Assembly: GCA_965645245.1 (NCBI GenBank)
Contig: OZ287067.1
Location: 1,922,001-1,986,000, forward strand
DNA length: 64,000 nucleotides
From: Massalongia carnosa
Taxonomy: Eukaryota
Direction of reading: 5' to 3'
The translations under genes were made by a program, and so were the position numbers. Below, piece after piece: positions 11,489 to 23,470 of this stretch; position 1 is the first letter of the stretch, and each line of letters opens with the position of its first letter. The notes beneath the pieces are model-generated. The model had not been told where the DNA came from. It ran no database searches and saw nothing but the letters and a program-made list of their open reading frames with translations.

Positions 11489-11943
11489 TAGTCAGAATCT
11501 CATTAACTAAATCGAGTTTAGACCCTCTCAACGGCTTCAGGTCAAAGTTGTATCAAAGCGTACCAACGACAGGAGAACCTCATCTCCACCTTTTATCGTC
11601 AAACACCTCGTCAAACCTTCGTGCCGTACGTCTCCTAATAGGGGGAGATGAACACTGATCGAATCTTCATGCAAAGGGGTTCGAGACAAATATAAAAGGA
11701 AGGACAAGTTAATTAGATAGTTGACTCCTTGTCCGACGTCTTGTATAGCAATCCATCACCTAGCTATAGCCTTATTAATAAAGACATCTTGATCACCCAA
11801 TCCAATTCCTAGGAACATTAGTTCAATCCCCTGCCCAGTCCTTGACACTACTAGTGTCCGACACCTCAGTGACGCATATAGCTTAGTGACGCACTTTTCC
11901 CATTTTACCTACCATTTTACATACAATTTGTGGACAACAATGG

Positions 11944-13790
11944 TTATGTAGAATTTAATTGACTATGACGCTGGTAAAACAGCTTTGCTTGCCTGGGCAT
12001 AGATCGAGCGATTGCTTTATACTTTCGATCCAGGGCCAATTGCTTCTTTTCAGCAGCTAGTACGGCACGTTCATAGGCCTGCTTGGTCTTTTCCACCTCA
12101 TTCTGAGTGCGTTTTATAACCTTCGCCCGTACATCTCGAACGGTTATGACTCCTCCCTTCTGGGCCACCTTTCCATCAAGTTTTCGTCGTGCTGTCTTCG
12201 CGATGGACAGCATCTGATTGGCCCGAAGGTCTCGCTCTGAAATCTGACGTGCATGAGCACTGGAGATGGAGCCTTTCACAAATCGTTCCACATGACAGTC
12301 CCACTCGGCATTCAAAACATTGTACTTCTTCAGGCTTTTCCGAAGCTTATTTCCATAATCAACAACCTCTTTGGCTGTGGAAGGTGTTCTGGCGAGCAAT
12401 GGAGCTGATGGAAGTGGGGGCGGGGTAGCAGGCCTACGAGTCTGAATAGCCTCCACTTTGCGGAGTACCACTTCTGGATTATAAGGCACCAGACCCGTGT
12501 TTCTGAATGAAGCTAGTATGGTAGTTGACGTGAATGTTTGATTTCGCATGATCTGAAAAATCGATAGAAAGTCGAGTTTATCGAAATCAGACCCTCCACC
12601 CCGCATCAGTTGATCAATGGCTTCGGAATGATAATGTTTGAAAGGCTGAAAACATCCTACATCCAATGGCTGAGTGAGATGTGTGGAATGAGGTGGAAGA
12701 CGAAATAATTCGATTTTTTTTCGTTTGGCATAGGTAAAGAACTCGAATGTCATATGAGATCCATATCCATCCATGATGAGCATGCGCCATGCACCTACCT
12801 GCCCCTTTCGACTGCGTTTGTCGAAATGTTTCAACCAATCGAGAGCTAAATCATCATTGGAATAGCCGGTAGGACTGGTGGTCAGGAGAATATCATCATC
12901 CAAGTCATTGTGTTGGGCCCATTTCTCCAGTACCCATGCACCAGCGATTATGATCATGGGGGGAATATCACGCCCCCCTGCACTAATACATTCATACGAG
13001 GTGATATATTCTCTATTGTCCGAGTCCGTCAACAGCAAAGACTTTCTAGAATGAGTTGAAACAACCCAATGAGCTCGCCAACAGCCAATTCGAAAGCCTG
13101 TCTCGTCCATGTTCCAAATATCCTCATCCGCTACTCCAAGAGCCTCGCGAGCAGCCCGATATGTCTCGAAATATTTCAATACATCATCGACGTTGTGTGC
13201 ATGTTTTCGCTCGACGGCTAGTGGTTTTTGTTTGCGTTTGAAGAATTGAGGATGTCGAGTCAGAAAACGTTTGGTCCAGGCATTGCTGACGTGGGGAGAA
13301 GGAGTGAAAACGTCTGAATGAGCCTCTTGAAGTAGATTGTGACGAAGCGAGATAGTGAATAGATTTCTACCATTGCGCCACCTGTCCTTCCCGACCAAAA
13401 GGCACAATACTTAGTCCGCAGACCAAGCTCTATTCTACTATAACTGGGACTCCTGCTATGTTCGCTGTAGGTCCTGCCGTCCGCACCACGCTTGGTCGGA
13501 CCGTTACATAGATAATTTGCTGCCGCCCGAATCATTGAAATTCCGGCAGATTGTTCGGCTTGATCGAGCATTTTAATAGATTCACAAAGAGCTAATTCTT
13601 CTTCATCAGACAGAGATTTGGGGGCAGAACGACCGATTTTCGAACCACCTCCATTAAGTCTTCTCTGTAGAGTACGAATGTCCACGTCGTACTCCAAAGC
13701 TACCGCGCGCACACTTCGAAAATCACCCGTGTCCCACGCGTCAATAGCTTCAAGAATTCGATTCTCCTTACTGAAAGATAAACTAGACAT
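11944..13790 (-). pseudogene. pogo/Fot1 transposase interrupted by a solo LTR
   Basis: N-terminal HTH (13790-13514) and DDE core (WNMDETGFRIG, LIMDGYGSH, HLTQPLDVG) are separated by the insertion at 13338-13508. Confidence 0.9.
13338..13508. mobile_element. 171-bp solo LTR (family X, copy 2)
   Basis: TG...CA ends; TSD TAGAT (13333-13337 and 13509-13513). Confidence 0.92.
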
Positions 13791-13893
13791 GATGTGGTGG
13801 AGTGATTACGTGGTGAAGCTGTATGCGTCACTGAGGTGTCGGACACTAGTAGGCGACTCGCCTCGATTACTAGTTTCTTGACACGATTAACTA

Positions 13894-15815
13894 ATCGTGC
13901 TAAATCACTTTCGGAATGGAAGGGCATCCCTTAGTGCTTACCATCTCAATGACGCATTGGGCTCAATGTCGTTTTTTTCACCATCTACCCACCATCTTTG
14001 ACACGTAAACACCCCACACAATGCCTTCTGATTCTTATTATAAACTCGAAAATCGTATTGAAGAGGCCATCGACGCGCTTCATGATGGTTGGTATAAGAA
14101 TTGCACCAAGGCTGTGCGTGCATACGACGTGCCCATTTGTCAACTTCAAAGACGATGGAATAGGTCCAATTCCAAAAGCACCCGCCCCAGCACCAACAAA
14201 GCTCTTACGGAGGAGCAAGAGGAGGCAATTCGCGAGTATATTGATCGATGTGACCAGTTCAATATGTGCGCTAGGCCAAAGATGATTGTGGGGGCGGCGA
14301 ATTATTTGATTCGTTCAGAGGATCGAAAGGTGGGGCATCAGTGGTTCAATCGATTTCTTGAACGAAATCCACAGTACAACAAGCGCAAAAAAAAGCCCCT
14401 GGCGATGGATAGAAAAAACAGTCACAGTCTCACAGATATGCGGGATTATTTCTATAAATTGAAGGCTGCTATTGAGAACAAGGGCATTACCGACGTGGAC
14501 GTTTGGAACATGGATGAAACAGGCTTTCGCATTGGCTGTGGGTGGGCTCAAATGGTGATTACCATGGACCCGAAAAAGCCTTTGCGAATGACGGACCCGG
14601 ACAATCGTGATTATATCACGACGGTGGAGTGTATAAGTTCTGGAGGGGAGGTGATTCCCCCTTTGATCATCATTTCAGGGGTGCAGATTTTGCATAAATG
14701 GTGTCAGGAAAATGATCTACATGATGACATTCTCATTGGCACCAGCAACAGTGGTTATTCAAATGATGATTTAGCTATGGACTGGTTGAATCACTTCATC
14801 GAGCATACGAGTAGCAAAAGGCAAGGTGCATGGCTACTTTTAATCATTGACGGTTTTGGATCGCATATGACCATCCCATTTTTTTAACTAGCCACTGCCA
14901 ACAACATCGTTTTGTTTCGATTACCAGCTCATTCCACTCACCTCACCCAGCCATTGGACGTAGGTGTTTTTCAACCGTTCAAACATTATCACACCGAGGC
15001 AATAGATCGGGCTGTCCGGTTGGGGACTGTCAGTTTGGTAAGCTGGAATTTCTCGCTGCATTTCAGGGCTTCCGAAATGAAACGTTCAAACCATCCACAA
15101 TCCGTCATGCGTTCAAATCAACCGGAATCGTACCGTTTGACCCAAACGTTGTCCTGGACAAAATTCGAGAAAAGGAGGCACGATTGAGGGAGTCGGTCAT
15201 TCGAACTCCCTCCCCTCCCCCCGCTTCCATTGAATCAACGCACACCCCATGGTCCCGAATCGGTTGTTCGGTACGGTCGAAAGCTTCAGAGAGCCATTGC
15301 CAAAGCGGGACCCAATGATAAACTTGAGGTTCAACAGGTTGAACGGTTCGTTCGCGGTTCGGTGGCATCCGCTCATGCTCTGGATTTGACCGCTCGAGAC
15401 CTTCATGCCATGCAGGAAGCAGCTTCATCACGTCAGAAACGAGCCGTTCTTGGTGGACAGGTGGCCTCTCAGGGTGGAATCATCAAGGTAAGTCAGTGTA
15501 GGGAGCTTTGTTCAAAAAGAAAGCAGAAGGAGGAGGAAAAGGCGAAACGGAAGAAGGCTAGAGAGGAGAAAGCGGCTGAGAAAAAAAAAGATTCTCAGCT
15601 GAATCAAATAGCCTTTCTCATCAACGACACACCTTTGGTAGATTAGTCAATTATCTACGTATCAGAATTGAAACATTCACAATCGGGGTTGTTTTGATGA
15701 TGTGGTGAATTGTTTGGTAGGTAGATGGTGAAAAAAACGACATTGAGCCCAATGCGTCATTGAGATGGTAAATACTAAGGGATGCCCTTCCATTCCGAAA
15801 GTGGTTTAGCACGAT
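13894..15815 (+). mobile_element. pogo/Fot1-like transposon with ~95-bp TIRs
   Basis: TIR ATCGTGCTAAA(T/C)CACTTTCGGAATGGAAGGGCATCCC...CACCATCTACC at both ends, TA flanks. Confidence 0.93.
14021..15646 (+). pseudogene. pogo/Fot1 transposase with an in-frame stop (14885-14887) and a frameshift (~15025)
   Basis: WNMDETGFRIG, LIIDGFGSH and HLTQPLDVG spread over three ORFs; paralogous to 11944-13790. Confidence 0.9.
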
Positions 15816-15997
15816 TAAGTCATATCATATCTGACGAAGAAGCTTATCCGAGGCCGATTTTTTTTTCGGGGCCGCGGGGTTGAGATTTAGCGTAAAAAAT
15901 GCTGGCTTGGCGGTCCTTCAAAAAGTGGACTTATCGCCTGTGACTTTGGGGTATAAACCGACTTATAGGCGTGACCCTGCAAAATCGTCACGCTGTA

Positions 15998-18900
15998 TAT
16001 GGACAATATCGCCCGTGACCAAGCTCCATACCACGATTTTCTCTCCTCGACCCATTCAGTCGAACTGCAAAAAGCCTGCCTGTCCCCGTTTTGCGCCGCG
16101 AGCGACTTGCTGGTCAACGAGCGTTCTACATACCACGGATACCCTCTTTGGCGGCCGCACGATGGACCCGGGCCCCTCCGCTGCAGGCCCCGCTGTCGCA
16201 GATCCGGAGACGGCGGCGCCTCTTTCTTGGCCTCCTCCTGAGGCTTACGTTGATGTCGAGGCCGTCAAGCGTGAGTCTCAGGCCTATGCCACCCACGGCA
16301 ACAACGAGGCCGCCATGGCCGCCACCATGAGGCGCGTCCGCGGGATGCGGGAGGAGGATCGGAGGGCCAACACCCTTAAGGCGTACCGCAGGTGCTGGCA
16401 TCTGTGGGAGGTGACTACGATAGGTATGCCCTGCAACTTTGGGCCTACGCTAACATCCTACAGAAGTGGTGCCGACGGCGCAATTTTCTTGACGGCGTCC
16501 TTGTGTGGGAGCGGAAGATGCTCCTCTTCCTCGAAGAGGTCGTCCTCCGCCTGCGCTTCGTCCCACGTCCCAAGTTCACAGGCGCAGCAGCGCAGGCCAG
16601 GCGGCGGGATCAGGATCGCCAACGGCAGGCTAAGCGCCGCGCGTTGAAGAGGGGGAAGGGGAAGGCGATGGAGGCGGTGGAAGCCTCGCCAGCGGTAGAG
16701 GGAGAGGAGCTGGAGGAGGTGGAAAAATTCGAGGAATTCTCCGACGGCGAGGAGCTCGTTGAGACGGTGAGTCGGCCCCTGAACTCGAATTCAGGGATAG
16801 AATCATCTTTTTGTAGCTTACTGACTCGTCTTGCAGCAAGCCGACGACCCTTTATCCCGGCCCCTGGCGCCCGATAGCGTGGAATCGGGCTACGTCTCTG
16901 CCCTCTGCGCCCTCTTCGATGGCCAGCATCTCGAAAAGAATTTGGTGGTGCCCCATCCCAGAGGGAAAGCCACCAAAGCCCTGATGACGCGCTTACGCAT
17001 CGATTGGAGCGCTTTCAAACGGGCCTCGTTCGAGGATCGCGCGATCCACGGCCTCACCGACGGCTACACGATTGAGCAGGCCGCTCAATTTTCGGCAATG
17101 CTGCTCGCCGGGGGCAAGGTTTTGGGGGAGGAGGGCGTGGCGGGCGGCGAGTGGCACCTCCTGCGGACTAGCCTCGACTTCCTCCTAATGCATTCGATGA
17201 TGCTGCGGGGGGAGTCAACGCGGAGGGCTGAGCTATCTGACCTCTGCGCCTACGACCTCCCTAACGAGGGGTCCGAATGCCTTGCGTTGATCCTTCGAAT
17301 TGGCTAGGGCAAGAGCATTCCTCTGGCGGACGGGGGCAACTCGCGCCGCCAGCATTACTATGGTGCTTTGCGGAGCAGAGATGTCGTCCTTTGTCCTCTC
17401 GGCGCCCTCGCCCACTGGCTCGTCTTGTGCTAGGACCTCCTCCTGGAGAAGCGGCCGGACTTCCGGGATCGATCTTAGTGGTATTTCACGAAGGAAGGTC
17501 ATCTCCGGGAGCCTGGCGCGATCTAAGGAGGAGATCTCCGACAAAACACAGGCCCGATGGATCAAGCCGGCTTTGGATGCTGTCGGCGTCGACAGCTCCA
17601 AGACGGTCCACACCATGCGGCAGTCCTCGTCACGGCTGGCCGACATGTGGGAAGTCCCCGCGGACCAGGTAAGTACTCTACGATTCATGGCCCCTTATAC
17701 TTACTAGCGTTACCCTTATATCAACTACTACAGATCATGAGAGCAGGCGGATGGGAACGTGGCGTCTGGGCCACTAACTACCTCACTCGCCTGCCGCGTG
17801 TCTACATGCGTCGCGCCGCCGGCTTTGGCAACTCCCCCGGGAGTTACTTTTTGAGAAGAGGACACTCACCGGATCTGGCCCTGCAGCGGCAGGTGTGGCC
17901 TTGGGTGGATGACGCTCTGGCGGCGTACAAAGGCGGTCTTTTTCCTGATGCGGATAAGGCAGGGAAGAAGGTTCTGGAGATGTTGCTGCGGCTGCGTTGT
18001 GTCTTCCTGCAAGACGCAGCGCTTCTACAGCCTCAGTTTCCTGAGCTTTCGCTCTGGAGACACCAAGTCTTCAGAGATCCCCTTTGGCCTGCGTTCGCGG
18101 CGAAGATACGGGAGTTGGAGGCTGTAGAAAAGGAACCTTTGCACGTGGCCATCCACGGCGTGCTGCCTCTTGTTACTGACTCCGTTGATGGCGTCAGTAA
18201 CAAGGTCAGCGGTGTTGCAATTAAGCAAGATCGCACGCTCAACGCTGTGGAGAGGTTGCTCTCCGGGCAGAGCCAGCTGACGACCACCTTGAGTGCGCTG
18301 CCGGCGGCAAATGCCCAGGAGATAGCTCGAGTCCTGGGTTCGCAGCTCTCACAATTGCAGGCCACGGTCTCGACGCTGCTTCGATCCTTTCTGACGGTTC
18401 CTGTGGAGGCTGTTCGGAGGGACTGGCTGCTGGACGAGGCTTCTTGGCGAGGGCAGGCGACTGCTCTTGCGACGGCGGCGCACTCCGTTGGTGAAGAGCC
18501 TGCTGCGTCGGCGTCCTCGTACGTCGACGCAGTCGCTTCTCTCCTTCCTACACCTTCTGTCGTCCTCACTTCCGTCCCCGGAGAGACGTCTACGGTCTCT
18601 GCGCCCTGTGGCTCCCTCCCCCAAGAGGGGCCGCCTCAACGTCCTCCTGGCTGCCCGGCGGAGCCCATTCTCGGCGGCGTGACCTCGGCGGAGGCGGTGT
18701 TGGAGGAATTCGCGTTGGGGACGTTGGTGGAGGGGGTCCAGCGTGCATCTCTCGACGAGTTGGACCGCCTCTTTGGGGCTAAGTGGAGGTACACTCCTGC
18801 CCTGAGGCAGCGGTTCTACGTCAAGAGACGGATCCGTCGGTACCTTCAGGGGAAGGCGAATGAGCAGGGGAGGGATCCGTGGGATATTGCGCGGGAAGTT

Positions 18901-19531
18901 GACAGTTTGGGGCTCTCTGGACATCAGATCTCTAAGCGTATTGACGCTGGAGAGGATCTGCTTCGTAGATAGGCCAATGGTACCTCTCTTTCTCTCTACG
19001 AGTACTAGTCATGGAGGCCTGTAACACCGTTTCTACTAAGAAGCGATCACTCGTAATGTTCCTGTAGTACCTCCTTCTCGTTTCTGTGACTGGGTGGGAC
19101 ATCTTGTGACGAGGCGTGCAACTGCACCACGTATCGCGCCATCAGCGCTACGTTAATTCTACTCGGGGTAAGATGTTTCTTCTATTCAGAAGAAGCTCTT
19201 TTCAGCAAACCCAGTTTCAAAATTCTAGCAAAACCCCTTTGTGGTTCGATTGCGGAGCGCAAATGTCGACCTTCGCAACGACCAGGGCCAAGCAGGGCGT
19301 CAGTTTTGCACGGCGATCCTACACTTCACAGCACATCAAATCAGACAATTCAGGCGCGGGTCTACTCGTTGAAGGATGCTCTATTTGACGGTTTAAATTG
19401 CTTCAAAATAAAATTTTTTCTCGCTGCGCGAGACTACAACTTCAGGTTACTAAGGCTATTTGGCGTGACAAGAAACAATCGCGGGATTTAGGATTTTAAA
19501 CGCCGCTAAGTGTCACGGGCGATAATTATGG
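15998..19531 (+). mobile_element. Crypton (tyrosine-recombinase DNA transposon, CryptonF-like)
   Basis: TATGG direct repeat at 15998-16002 and 19527-19531. 13-bp subterminal inverted repeat TATCGCCCGTGAC (16007-16019) / GTCACGGGCGATA (19512-19524). Encloses a GC-rich YR gene. Boundaries are inferred from these repeats. Confidence 0.78.
16162..18972 (+). pseudogene. Crypton tyrosine recombinase with NDC10-II-like region and C-terminal GCR1_C-like domain; 3 introns, 3 nonsense codons, 1 frameshift
   Basis: NTLKAY...W, YVSAL, LRGESTR (catalytic R), CPLGALA, HTMR (HxxR), AGGW...NYL (Y), WPW, FLQDAA, and LDELDRLFGAKWR. Introns at 16411-16463, 16767-16836 and 17669-17733. TAG stops at ~17305, ~17431 and ~17476; AAGG duplication at ~17491. 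Confidence 0.88.
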
Positions 19532-20088
19532 CTTATCGGACATTGAGAAGTAGACAAACGCACCCCACTAGGAGGATGCTGTTGAGCACTCTGTTCGGTG
19601 AAAAAATTCCCGATTCTAACATGACAGATCATGGACATCGTTAGAGAGGCGTAGGAATTTAGTGGACGAGGTGCACGAGTTGGAAGAGTGATAGGGTTTA
19701 AGAAAGAGGAAGTGGAGTTGAATGAAGTGAGTGATAAGGTGATGAGCGAGGGGAGCATGGGGCGGACGAGAGGTGTTTAAATGAAATTCCTGCGAGCATG
19801 CCCATCACCTTCCAGAATAACTAGCTGAAGCTGAACCAAACACCATTTTCTGAGTATTTAGCATTTACTCAGCAAGCTAGACTCGGATTTTTAGTGTGAA
19901 TTTGATAAAGATCTTAGAAGTTTTGGTTGGTGATAGTTTCTTCTTTTGGTTTCCGGATGAGACGGTATATAAGCATTCAAGAGGGGATACCAAGGCTTAC
20001 AAAACAGAGTATTGCCAGGAAGGTGGAGATATTCCGCGGCCGACGGAATAGCCCCCTTCAAAACCATAGGAAAAATCGGTTTATAGTC

Positions 20089-21586
20089 TTATCTGTTGTC
20101 CTGCCTGAACACCCATAATGCCAGCTTATGCCTTACAAGTAGCCCTATCAATCCCGTCAAAGCCTGCATTGCCAGTATATCAATTGCAAGCCGATCTTCT
20201 TTCAAGGGACCAAACCAAAGAAGCCATAAATTTAGAATTGTGAGATTGGAGGACTGGGTAATCTGGCCTTTTTCATCCGTTTCAATCTTGACCAAAGGCA
20301 AAGGTAGGTTCGCAAGAAACTTCAGAGTCCATGCTATGAGCGTAGATGGGGGGTGTTGCCATTCGGTCGCAGATGGCTCGAGAAGGCCCGACCGAGCGTT
20401 GAAGTGCGGAAGACGATGCCTTGGACATGGTATTACCCGAAACAGTTGTGGTGCGGAGTATACAAAATTGATAATCTGCGGTATGAACAAGAGCAGTAGT
20501 GTTTTGCTAAAATGTCCGAGAATCCCAACGATTGCGAAGACCATGCCTGCAAAATAGCAATATGTGTCACCAACAAACACTTTAGCTGGATACCAGTTGT
20601 GCCACCATAGAGCCAATGATACACCCAAGAACGGGAGGAGCAGATAAATTGAAAAAAGATGTGGATCCGTTGCTGGATGAGGCTCCGGACTGCTTTGTGC
20701 TGCGTACAAGGAAGTTATGTCATTGATTACAAGAAGAAGACTGATGACCAGAGACTGTGAAACCTCGATTCCATTTATACCGGCAAGGATATTGATGCTG
20801 TTCGGACAAAATATAGCGATAGCAGCCATGTAAGCGTAATACAGCCATCCAAGATCGACCATTGTTCCCAAGTAAACCTCGAGATGAACGGGAACAACCA
20901 CGTTAGTAACGCCAAAATCGACAAAATAGACTACGAGTATCGGAATAGACGCGAACGCTGGGATGAAGAACTTATGACGCCATCGGATATCGAATAGGTC
21001 GTCGCCGATGCCTAAGAGAACAACGGATTGCAAAGACAAGATGGCGGATAAATAAGACGCCAACTGTTTCAAGGCTTAGTTTTGCTTACGGTCTAGTGAG
21101 GATAGTGCTATCACCTTGCTGTGGGGGAATCGATGCAGAATGCGACCCGTCTCGAGCTCCTGACGTTCTATTACGACATCTCTATTGCCACCTCCTGAGG
21201 TGGCGGCTACAATATCTTTGTAGAAAGGAAAAGGAATGAAAATAATGATTATCAGAAGATAAACCACGGCGCACACAGCGCCCATTGCCTCAGGACTGCA
21301 TGATCCAAAATTTAGTACCCCAAATATTTGCATATCAAACGTGATTGACGTACATCTCCACCCTTTTGATCTTTGCCATGTCCCGGCCCTTGAGACCAGC
21401 CTTCATAAAAGCATTCCCCAGCCATCGTATAAGGCTGTACGTAAACGCAAACGCGATGCCGCTCAGCGCGAGTGAGACTATCAGTGGCTCACCTTCCCCT
21501 TGAAATGAATTCGCGACTATGCCAAAACAGGCCACGGAGAGCAGACTGAGGCTTGATGTCTCAGTTCTGCTCAAAGATTTGGTCAT
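20089..21586 (-). CDS. ALG7: UDP-GlcNAc:dolichyl-phosphate GlcNAc-1-phosphotransferase (DPAGT1/GPT)
   Basis: GRDMAK...IPEAMG, LLGIGDDLFDIRWRHK, FCPNSINILAGINGIE, VFVGDTYCYFAG, GHFSKT and PCPRHRLP. Introns at 21353-21296 and 21114-21064. Confidence 0.96.
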
Positions 21587-22507
21587 TGCGAACTAGATAA
21601 AAGATCCGATGGTGGATAGAAACCCTGGGAGTACATTGAGACTTGTAACGTGATCTTCGAATAAGCTAGGTGGCTAGGCTTGGTGGCTAGGTAGGAGCGT
21701 AGTAATCTTCAAATGCAGTAGGACTTCCCCTTAAAGGCTTCTTCTTTATTTTAAAAATACGTAACTAACAAAACGGTCAGATTCAGCCATAATCGATAAA
21801 CCATTCCAGAGTTTAACATACAGTAACGTTCCCTGGTATCTTAGTACCATATGGAGTACGTATGGAGTACTTGGTCGATCTTCCTTCTGTCGTCGAGCTA
21901 CAATTGCTCTTCTTACTACCTCTCTTTCTTGCTAATTTGCTATTTCGCTATCTGTGCTGAAACGGAAAAACAGAGCGCAGAATGTGACGGAGTGTAAAAG
22001 GCATTAGACAGTTGCCTCAGTACCTCAGACGTGCTGTGGCTCAGCCTTCGCCTTTATTAACCTTTTCCGGTTAACTCACCGCTAACTTATTTAGCCTACA
22101 AGTCTAACTTTTTATAGTTAGACTTTACTTACTAAGTTCGCTGTGCCAGCACGTCTGAGGGCAAAACTCAAATAATACAGGCAGATTTGCGTTATGAATG
22201 AGAAAATGTTAAAATACCAAGCCGCCTTACCCGATTAAGCGTAAAATATCAACTCGATTGTGTTATACCATCCCATCGTTTTCTATGTGTGTTATTTATG
22301 TGTTTTCCAACTACACGACAGACTATGCGCGCTGTAGAACGCCATCAAGGAACAATGAGCGCGCTTTTTAACCGCGATGCAAGTTAGACAAAAGGCCCGG
22401 ATCTCAGTCTACAATGGACATCTAGTTGAGTCACGAAAATAGTAAGAGAATGACAGCTGCAAGCGGTCATTGATTCATAATTAACTTGTCATCTCTATAG
22501 CTAGACT

Positions 22508-23470
22508 ATGTACGGCAAAGCTAGGATCGAGCGGCAATCATCCTTCATGAACAGGGTTGGACCTGGGTCGCGGAGGCCCTTCGAGCGGAGCTCAATGCAC
22601 TGGTTGCAACGGCCGCATTTGGGGTTTTCCACCCACCGTCGGAGACTGACGAGCTGGGCACCTTAAATAGCTTCAAGGGTGCCGCATCGGTCATCATGAG
22701 TAAGGCGTCACGATGGCTAGATCCTATTAAGCGCGTCTGTTGTGATGCCCACCGAGACGAGTCCACTCATCCTCAGCGCGCTATTCCGGTCGGGCGGCAG
22801 ATAACTATATTGTCCCTCTTTTGTCACATGTTGCGCCCGAATACATCAATAAATTTTCAGAGCGTCATGGGCCTTTATATCTATCAGGGTGGCGCCAGGC
22901 GCAGAGTTCTGGATACTTTATGTCACCTTGGCTTGACAATGTCGTATTCCACTCTTCAACGGCACATGTCAAGCTTAAGTGACGAAGCGAGGCGAAAATT
23001 AAGGACGATAGGGCGGGCTTCAACTACTGTTGTAACCTATGATAATTTTGTTTTTGCAGAAGGCCGAAGAGGCGAGAGAATCGGTGACGTAAGATAGTTT
23101 CAATCAATTACGACCGCTTTGATATTTGAAGGACAGGGCCTTGGGGTAACGGTCTTGAGACAGAATATGTGGCAACCTGAGAATTATCCTTTGTCCGCCA
23201 TAGGACTCGCACTAAGATTGAAACCAGATGACATAGACGCACAGGTAAGCATCGACCACTTTTCCAAGCGGCTTACTTGAAACTGATGAAATGTGGACGA
23301 AGATTCAAATTCATCATTTCGAGTCGGCAATCCAAGCCCTTTACAATGCTAAATTCAGCGACTTCAAGTTTCCTCGGGTTACATCCATGCCTGTGTTGAA
23401 AAGACTGAATCGCCTTCGAACGAAGTATCATCCGTTGAAGTCGGTTATGAAAGACGAAAGCACAACTGTT
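22508..23470 (+). pseudogene. Academ/DUF6589-type transposase N-terminal fragment
   Basis: NFQSVMGLYIYQGGARRRVLDTLCHLGLTMSYSTL...VVTYDNFVF...*FQSITTA...HPLKSVMKDEST. The family is recognised by motif only. Confidence 0.65.

Larger units (their letters stand above)
3469..11847 (+). mobile_element. Ty3/Gypsy chromovirus LTR retrotransposon, full length
   Basis: 5' LTR 3469-3915. 3' LTR 9599-9679 plus 11491-11847, nearly identical apart from a ~9-bp indel near 3612. TSD CTACT (3464-3468 and 11848-11852). Purine tract before 9599. Confidence 0.96.
3429..13887 (-). mobile_element. pogo/Fot1-like transposon carrying a Gypsy element inserted in one TIR and a solo LTR in its ORF
   Basis: TIR ATCGTGTCAAGAAACTAGTAATCG...CTACTAGTGTCCGACACCTCAGTGACGCATA. 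The left copy is split (3429-3468 plus 11853 onward); the right copy ends at 13887. TA flanks at 3427-3428 and 13888-13889. Confidence 0.9.

Noticed and set aside
11446..11658. 70-aa ORF
   Set aside because: Spans a TIR/LTR junction and is spurious.
15998..19531. Starship captain or domesticated NDC10/GCR1 host gene
   Set aside because: The motifs and size fit a Crypton recombinase rather than DUF3435; the ORF is disabled and bounded by element-like ends.
19513..19758. Possible small secreted protein interrupted by the Crypton
   Set aside because: Rejoining the flanks at TATGG gives a stop within about a dozen codons, and there are no recognisable motifs.
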